Part shown: piece after piece, positions 61,736-64,000 of the stretch
Layout of the letters: each line of letters starts with the position of its first letter
Position numbering within the stretch: the first letter of the stretch is position 1
From: Candidatus Omnitrophota bacterium
GTDB lineage: Bacteria > Omnitrophota > Gorgyraeia > Zapsychrales > Zapsychraceae
DNA: 64,000 bases
Direction: 5' to 3'
Assembly: GCA_015233195.1 (NCBI GenBank)
Contig: JADFYE010000004.1
Location: 2,411-66,410, forward strand
The notes under the pieces: model-generated
What the model saw: only the letters and a program-made list of their open reading frames with translations
Told to the model about the DNA's origin: nothing
Database searches by the model: none
Program-made: the position numbers and the translations under genes

Positions 61736-62899
61736 ATGATCCGAAAAAAAGTTTGTGTGGTCACAGGGTCCAGGGCGGAATATGGCGTGATTTATCATAT
61801 TTTACGTGCGATTGTGGCAAGCCCGTCTTTGGAAATGCAGTTGGTAGTTACGGGGACACATTTATGTCGCGAGTATGGTTATACGATTGATGAGATCCGT
61901 AAGGATGGGTTTATAGTTACGGATACTGTGGATATAGATGTAGGCTCGGATGATTTGGCTAGTATCGCAAAGTCGATCGGGTTAGGGGTAATAGGATTCG
62001 CGGATTGTTTTCGTCGTTTGGCACCGGATATCATTTTATTGACGGGAGACCGATATGAAATGCTGGCGGTTGCATCAGCTGCCATGGCTTTGAATTGTCC
62101 GATCGCGCATATATCAGGAGGAGAATTGACATATGGTGTTATCGATGAACAAATTCGTCACGCGATTACGAAAATGAGTCATTTGCATTTGGTTGCCGGT
62201 CCGGATAATGCCAGACGGGTGAAACAGATGGGTGAAGAAGATTGGCGGGTGCATGTGGTCGGGGGACCGTGGGTTGAGAATGAAAAAAAACTTCAGCGTT
62301 TGTCGCGGCAGGAGATCGACGGATTACTAGGGTTTTCATTCCGTTCACCCAGTATTATGGTGACGTATCACCCGGAAACATCGAATATTCCTCATTTAAG
62401 CGAATATCTTGACTGTGTATTTGGGGCGCTGGAACAGATAGACGCGGATATGATTTTTACATATCCCAACGCGGATGCCGGCGGACAGCAGATCATCAAG
62501 CGGATCGATCAGTTTGTTAAGACGCATGACCGGGCTAGGTCGTACCAATCGTTAGGACGGCTCTTATATCACAATGTGCTGGGGCATGTAGACCTTATGT
62601 TCGGAAATTCATCCAGCGGTATGGTGGAGTCGCAATATTATAAGTTGCCGGTTATCAATATTGGTGATCGTCAGAAAGGTCGGACTGTGACAGCGAATAT
62701 TCTGAGCGTTGGTTATGATGTCAAAGAGATCACGGATGCAGTGCGAAAAGGTCTTAGTGATGAATTTCGAAAAGGATTGGCGCAAATGGTTAATCCTTAT
62801 CAAAAAGATAATGCTTCTGAAGCTGTTGTTCAGATCTTGGAAACTGCCCCGGCGAAGCAAAAACTTTTGTATAAACAATTTGTAGAAATAAATTCATGA
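61736..62899 (+). CDS. neuC: Hydrolysing nucleotide-sugar 2-epimerase (NeuC/LegG-like)
   Basis: 'KVCVVTGSRAEYG', 'LLTGDRYEMLA' and 'HISGGE'. 387 aa, directly after neuB. Confidence 0.85.
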   Translation: MIRKKVCVVTGSRAEYGVIYHILRAIVASPSLEMQLVVTGTHLCREYGYTIDEIRKDGFIVTDTVDIDVGSDDLASIAKSIGLGVIGFADCFRRLAPDIILLTGDRYEMLAVASAAMALNCPIAHISGGELTYGVIDEQIRHAITKMSHLHLVAGPDNARRVKQMGEEDWRVHVVGGPWVENEKKLQRLSRQEIDGLLGFSFRSPSIMVTYHPETSNIPHLSEYLDCVFGALEQIDADMIFTYPNADAGGQQIIKRIDQFVKTHDRARSYQSLGRLLYHNVLGHVDLMFGNSSSGMVESQYYKLPVINIGDRQKGRTVTANILSVGYDVKEITDAVRKGLSDEFRKGLAQMVNPYQKDNASEAVVQILETAPAKQKLLYKQFVEINS

Positions 62900-64000
62900 C
62901 GCCGAGAACGATCAAAAAGATTATGCTCATTATGCCGCCATTGACGCGACCTGTGGAATTTTCCGCTAAAGTAGCTCGGGTGAGTCCATTTTTTCCATTA
63001 GGAATGGCGTATATTGCTGCAGTTCTGGAACAAACGGGAAAATATGAATTGAAAATCTTGGATGCGGTTTTAGAGGGTAATTTTTCAGATGGGGTTCTTT
63101 CATCAGATGGAAAAATGATCCGTTACGGATTAACCGATGAACAAATTTTGGAATATATTCGGGCGTTCAAACCGGATCTGGTTGGAGTGGCAGGATTATT
63201 CTCAGGTATGCAGGAAGATATGGGTCATGTGTGTCAGCTCGTGAAACAGGTTAATCCTGCGACGTATACGACTGTGGGTGGTACTCATGCGGGAAATATG
63301 GCAGAAGAAATTTTGCACCTGTATCCATTTGTAGATTGCGTCATTATTGGCGAGGCGGAAGAAACGTATCTGCAGTTATTGAATTATTTACAGGGGATGG
63401 GACCCAAAGAGGCATTGGACGGGTTAGCATTCCGTCAGGGAACTGAGATGATCATGATCCCGAAGACACGATATATTCAAAATCTGGATACCATTCCATT
63501 CCCCGCGTATCACTTGTTTGATCTAAGTAAATATTTCGCGGTTTCGGATTCGCATGGGTTTTTCCGTCATCGTCCGTATATGCAGATGGTCACATCCCGG
63601 GGATGTCCGTGTAAATGCGCGTTTTGCGCGCTCGGTCCGCATTGGGGAGCTAAACAGCGTTTGCGCAGCGCCAAAAACGTTTTGGATGAGATGGAGTATT
63701 TAATTAAGACGTATGGGATAAAGGAAGTTCATTTTGAAGATGATAATTTGACTGCGGATAAACAACGCGCGATTGATATCTGCAATGGGATGATCGAGAG
63801 GAAATTCAATATTGTGTGGCACGCGCCGAGCGGTATTGCGGTTTATTCGCTGGACGATGAGATCATTGAAAAAATGGCTGAGGCTGGTTGTTACAGCATT
63901 ACATTGGCTATTGAAAGCGGCAGTCCGCGCGTATTGCATAAACTCATGCGTAAACCTGTGAACTTGGATAAAGTGCCAGGCTTGGTCCGGAAGATCCGTT
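62896..64000 (+). CDS. Second B12-binding-domain radical SAM enzyme; 3' end outside window
   Basis: Not in the ORF track because there is no stop in the window; I translated it by hand and it stays open to nt 64000. ATGA overlap with the neuC stop. 'KIMLIMPP', 'TVGGTHAG' and 'TSRGCPCKCAFCA' (CX3CX2C). Confidence 0.8.
   Translation, partial: MTPRTIKKIMLIMPPLTRPVEFSAKVARVSPFFPLGMAYIAAVLEQTGKYELKILDAVLEGNFSDGVLSSDGKMIRYGLTDEQILEYIRAFKPDLVGVAGLFSGMQEDMGHVCQLVKQVNPATYTTVGGTHAGNMAEEILHLYPFVDCVIIGEAEETYLQLLNYLQGMGPKEALDGLAFRQGTEMIMIPKTRYIQNLDTIPFPAYHLFDLSKYFAVSDSHGFFRHRPYMQMVTSRGCPCKCAFCALGPHWGAKQRLRSAKNVLDEMEYLIKTYGIKEVHFEDDNLTADKQRAIDICNGMIERKFNIVWHAPSGIAVYSLDDEIIEKMAEAGCYSITLAIESGSPRVLHKLMRKPVNLDKVPGLVRKIR

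Noticed and set aside
1-64000. CRISPR arrays, transposases, integrases, prophage genes, tRNA or rRNA genes, and known defence systems.
   Set aside because: I saw no spaced direct-repeat array, no DDE or tyrosine-recombinase motifs, no tRNA-like T-arm (GGTTCGAATCC-type) sequences and no restriction, Cas, Abi or CBASS-type proteins. Intergenic space is too small to hide them. The absence is by-eye only; tRNAscan or Infernal would confirm it.

Overview
This is a 64-kb, AT-rich, very gene-dense fragment with about 60 protein genes, almost all on the + strand. I saw no rRNA, tRNA, CRISPR array, transposase or integrase by eye. The content points to an uncultivated-type anaerobic diderm bacterium: class III RNR NrdDG, an NfnAB-like pair, at least 8 radical-SAM-type proteins and a TonB-dependent receptor. 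The giant-protein architecture reminds me of Omnitrophota or candidate-phylum genomes, but that is an impression only.

Layout:
- (i) 1-5 kb: 7TM-HD, ybeY, recO, NUDIX and a small two-component set.
- (ii) 5.1-10.2 kb: one 1,706-aa ORF with an export-type N-terminus and two tandem ~470-aa modules, each carrying a radical-SAM-type CX3CX2C triad.
- (iii) 10.2-21.8 kb: a Hel308-type helicase, dtd, SUI1, tatD, nfnAB-like genes, panB, an FKBP and a radical SAM gene.
- (iv) 21.8-34.9 kb: nrdDG behind tandem NrdR boxes, metH, ccdA, an MBOAT acyltransferase with two tandem DltD/SGNH-like paralogues, tlpA and metF.
- (v) 35.5-37.8 kb: a cobalamin riboswitch, attenuator and btuB-like receptor.
- (vi) 37.8 kb to beyond 64 kb: one co-directional cluster of more than 26 kb and at least 25 genes for nonulosonic-acid (legionaminic/pseudaminic-type) sugars. 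It has two NeuB paralogues and five radical SAM enzymes, two of them B12-binding, two a SPASM-like pair, and one fused to a cytidylyltransferase. It also has a formyltransferase, two methyltransferases, a FemAB-like transferase and two large orphan transferase-like proteins.

Best candidates for something undescribed:
- the giant double radical-SAM-like protein;
- the radical-SAM-rich tailoring block of the sugar cluster;
- the MBOAT plus twin DltD-like module;
- two GC-rich palindromic, G-quadruplex-capable elements sitting exactly on gene junctions, where they supply the SD and non-ATG starts of ybeY and tatD.

All functional calls rest on motif recognition by eye. No searches were run.
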